IMG/VR virus record: IMGVR_UViG_3300017714_000006
Coordinates: 1 to 61,722 of that record
Source: a virus
Lineage: Duplodnaviria; Caudoviricetes
DNA: 61,722 nucleotides
Strand: one strand, 5' to 3'
The position numbers and the translations under genes were made by a program. The notes under the pieces are model-generated. The model saw only the letters and a list, made by a program, of their open reading frames with translations, ran no database searches and was not told the origin of the DNA. Positions within the stretch are counted from its first letter, which is position 1. Each line of letters opens with the position of its first letter. Shown piece after piece: positions 58,989 to 61,722 of the stretch.

Positions 58989-59499
58989 AAAAATCCTCCA
59001 ACGAAGTCCATTGTATATTCCTTTGCCACAATGTTCTTTGTAACAATTGTCTACTAGTATCACCTGCTAACATCTGCGGTTCGTTTTTATAACTATCAAT
59101 CCATTTCCATACACTTACTAATTTCATAAAACAACTATAGCTGGTTACAAATGTATTGGGTGTAGGAGTTGGCTCAGGATAGTGTCCAACATCATCTATG
59201 ACTCTAAACATATGATCAAATATAATTGTGTTCTTGGGAAGTTTATTGAACCTATCTAGTAGATAATCAAAGACGTATGGATCTGTTGTTGCACAAACTG
59301 TAGAGCAATTGTTGGCAAGCTCATGCTGTCCATACTTGTCATACATGTTTACACCATTTGTCCAGTGTGCTTTAAAATTAGTATACAAAGAGTGTTCGTA
59401 TTGCAACCAAGGGTTCACAGTATCATTACGTTTTGTTTTGAATATTTCGTATGTTGAATGGTTGAAGCTAGTTGCACCAGTTACGCTTAGTAGTATCAA
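58978..59499 (-). CDS. Hypothetical protein
   Basis: 173 aa, TTG start with GGGAG SD, downstream of a late promoter. Confidence 0.55.
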   Translation of the reverse strand: MILLSVTGATSFNHSTYEIFKTKRNDTVNPWLQYEHSLYTNFKAHWTNGVNMYDKYGQHELANNCSTVCATTDPYVFDYLLDRFNKLPKNTIIFDHMFRVIDDVGHYPEPTPTPNTFVTSYSCFMKLVSVWKWIDSYKNEPQMLAGDTSRQLLQRTLWQRNIQWTSLEDFYAE

Positions 59500-59523
59500 A
59501 GTTGACTCCCTATAATTATGTAT

Positions 59524-59542
59524 GTATTTATCGACTAAATAC
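59524..59542. promoter_or_regulatory. Back-to-back late promoters
   Basis: GATAAATAC on - (59532-59524) and CTAAATAC on + (59535-59542). Confidence 0.65.
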
Positions 59543-59546
59543 TAGT

Positions 59547-60326
59547 ATGGCGTTCACTAAATTGATAGACACCTTTATACTTCCGGAGGTGCAAGCTGAA
59601 CTGGATAAAGTAAAACCGCAGCTCAACGGAAGGCACCAATACGAAACTAATATCAAGACTTGGCTTAAACCTTTAATAGATTTAAAAGACTTTTATGTAT
59701 ATCCAATGAATGGTATAACTGAATGTATTAACTGGTGGCAACAGCACGAAAAACGAAACGTTAGAAAAGCCAAAGGTGACTACGAATGGGTAGACTATAA
59801 CAAAGTAATGACAGTTGGTAATACAATTGCTTATGTTAGTTGTCCTAGCAGTATTGATGGAAACTACACAGAGATACCAGATGAGGTTCCTGTTGTGCTT
59901 GATATAGCATATGCTGGGTGTGTTCCTGTTAAACCAATTAAGTTAAAAGACAATGTAGAGAAAGTATTCTATAGTTTAAGTAAGCCATTTGGTATAGGAA
60001 ACATAAGAACAGGTTGGTATTTTACTAGACGCCCGGACGCAAAACTACATGCACTAAGCATAGAAGCAGCATATTATAACCATTGTGCTAATCAGTATGC
60101 AGAACATGTAATAAATACATACAGTATAGATTATATACATACAGAATTAAAGGATATACAACACAGCGTTTGTGCTGAACATGACCTAACACCAAGTGAT
60201 TGTATTTGGTTAGCTACTAGCACAGATGAACAATACAAAGACTTTAGACGTCATGAACACACTGACGTTGCGAGACTCTGTATCACAGAATTGATTAAGG
60301 AATATTATGGAAAACAGTCCAGGTAA
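59547..60326 (+). CDS. Compact PLP-dependent aminotransferase-like (fold type I) enzyme
   Basis: Start moved to ATG 59547. NGITE, SCPS, VVLDIAY, SLSKPFG...RTGW (PLP lysine), C-terminal RL. Confidence 0.8.
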   Translation: MAFTKLIDTFILPEVQAELDKVKPQLNGRHQYETNIKTWLKPLIDLKDFYVYPMNGITECINWWQQHEKRNVRKAKGDYEWVDYNKVMTVGNTIAYVSCPSSIDGNYTEIPDEVPVVLDIAYAGCVPVKPIKLKDNVEKVFYSLSKPFGIGNIRTGWYFTRRPDAKLHALSIEAAYYNHCANQYAEHVINTYSIDYIHTELKDIQHSVCAEHDLTPSDCIWLATSTDEQYKDFRRHEHTDVARLCITELIKEYYGKQSR

Positions 60327-61467
60327 AAATATATCAGCAGCAGAACGCATAGAGTTCAAGCCAACTGAGGAAATGAACGCTCCTATGACTGGTGACCCGA
60401 CCAAGGATAATATTACTATTCTTGATGACAAGCCACCTATCTTTCATAGCTTACCAGAGTATGATATAGAAAAGAATCCATTTAGTTTTTTATATGTTGA
60501 CATGACATATGATTGTAACATGGAATGCGAGTTCTGTTATAACCCAGTTAGAACATACAGCACACTGGACATCGAATGGTTTGAAGATGTATGTGCTAGA
60601 CTGCCACACCCTGTTAACTTTAGATTGTTAGGCGGTGAACCAACACTGTATCCGCATTTAGATAGAGCATTAGATGCCGCTACCAAACACGGACACCAAG
60701 CAGCAATTGTTACCAATGGATTGCGTTTGGCTAGCATGAGTTATGCTAAGAAACTTAAAAAGGTTTTAGATCGTAACCCTACAGTAAACGTTAGCTTGAG
60801 TATGAACGGTGGTATGCATCACGATGATTGGTATATAGATATTGATGGGGAGAGCAGACGCAAGAAGAAAGTCAAAGCACTAGAGAACATGTTGGAACTT
60901 GGCTATCGTAGACTTTGTATTAACGCTATTATTGTTAAAGGTTTAAACGAAGGACTAGTAAAAGAATTTTATGACAAAGCATTACAGCACCCAGGACAAA
61001 TAACAAACATACGTTTCCGCACAGCAGCCAAACAAGGTCGTTGGAATGATGAGATTGGTGCGTTTGATAATGATGAACACGATCAAACCAGTTACACAGG
61101 ATTGCAACTGGATGAATACATTAAAACTGTAATACCAGAAGCACGTAGTCCTATTAAAGTAATACGTGACGGTTATCACCCTAGCACAGGTTCAGGAGTT
61201 AGACTCAATGTTCCAGGCTTAAAGTGTAACCAGTGTTGCTTTATGTATTATATAAGACCACAGCTATGGGTTGCTACAGTTGAATTTGGATCACATAACA
61301 GTGCGTTATGCTGGAGACGAGGACAATTAGTGCAAGGCAATGGCGTTATACAACCATTCCACCATTACATGGATGAACTAAGTAGATACATTCAAACTTA
61401 TAAGCCAGGTGGAATGAGGGATACAGCTTCACAAAAAGCAATAAAAAGCATACCTATTCAGGAATAA
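60307..61467 (+). CDS. Radical SAM enzyme
   Basis: CNMECEFC, LLGGEPTL, IVTNG; C-terminal CNQCC. Confidence 0.9.
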   Translation: MENSPGKNISAAERIEFKPTEEMNAPMTGDPTKDNITILDDKPPIFHSLPEYDIEKNPFSFLYVDMTYDCNMECEFCYNPVRTYSTLDIEWFEDVCARLPHPVNFRLLGGEPTLYPHLDRALDAATKHGHQAAIVTNGLRLASMSYAKKLKKVLDRNPTVNVSLSMNGGMHHDDWYIDIDGESRRKKKVKALENMLELGYRRLCINAIIVKGLNEGLVKEFYDKALQHPGQITNIRFRTAAKQGRWNDEIGAFDNDEHDQTSYTGLQLDEYIKTVIPEARSPIKVIRDGYHPSTGSGVRLNVPGLKCNQCCFMYYIRPQLWVATVEFGSHNSALCWRRGQLVQGNGVIQPFHHYMDELSRYIQTYKPGGMRDTASQKAIKSIPIQE

Positions 61468-61478
61468 AGGATAAAACT

Positions 61479-61721
61479 ATGAACAAAGATGAAACAAAAC
61501 AAGCAATACAAGATGTATTGACTGACGGCTTATTCCTCAAAGAGGATACAGTATTTGATTGGACTACAACATTTGAAGCTCTAGGACTAGATAGCTTAGA
61601 TAAGATTGAATGTAAAATGACAATCGAAGATGGATTAAGCGTAACATTACCAGAAGATAGCTTTGCAGGTGACGTGCTAACTGTAGAAGATGCTGTTAAC
61701 TTGGTAATGGAGCATGCATAA
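61479..61721 (+). CDS. acpP: Acyl carrier protein
   Basis: 80 aa, acidic; LGLDSLD (phosphopantetheine Ser), IED...LPED, TVEDAV. Confidence 0.9.
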   Translation: MNKDETKQAIQDVLTDGLFLKEDTVFDWTTTFEALGLDSLDKIECKMTIEDGLSVTLPEDSFAGDVLTVEDAVNLVMEHA

Positions 61722-61722
61722 C

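Noticed and set aside
1-61722. Alternative genetic code (stop-codon reassignment)
   Set aside because: Conserved genes are full length in the standard code, and TAA, TAG and TGA all occur at expected gene ends.
50389-61722. Host chromosomal DNA or prophage boundary at the enzyme cluster
   Set aside because: Similar composition by eye, the same tight overlaps and TAAATA promoters as the phage genes, and no integrase, att site or housekeeping operon context.

Overview
The window is a 61.7-kb, AT-rich segment of a large T4-like (myovirus, probably jumbo-type) dsDNA phage genome read in the standard code. The left part is on the minus strand. It holds fibre/adhesin genes, a porin-like gene with its own promoter and terminator, the head module (gp23, gp22, gp21, core proteins, gp20), and two tape-measure-like paralogues flanking a kinase-like gene. 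The centre has baseplate hub genes, a ~500-bp heavily structured non-coding element, a Holliday-junction resolvase, gp46, gp47 and the late sigma factor gp55. The right part is mostly on the plus strand. It holds a baseplate operon (gp48/54-like, gp53, hub, gp5, an apparently inactive lysozyme, gp25, gp6, a 3849-aa wedge protein) and then an ~11-kb enzyme cluster: GT-A-like proteins, AcpS, two radical SAM enzymes, a PLP aminotransferase-like protein and an acyl carrier protein. A TAAATA late-promoter motif recurs in front of operons. The best leads are the ACP/AcpS/radical-SAM/glycosyltransferase cluster, the structured element at 22181-22669 and the porin cassette. All calls come from reading motifs and gene order by eye; no database search was run.
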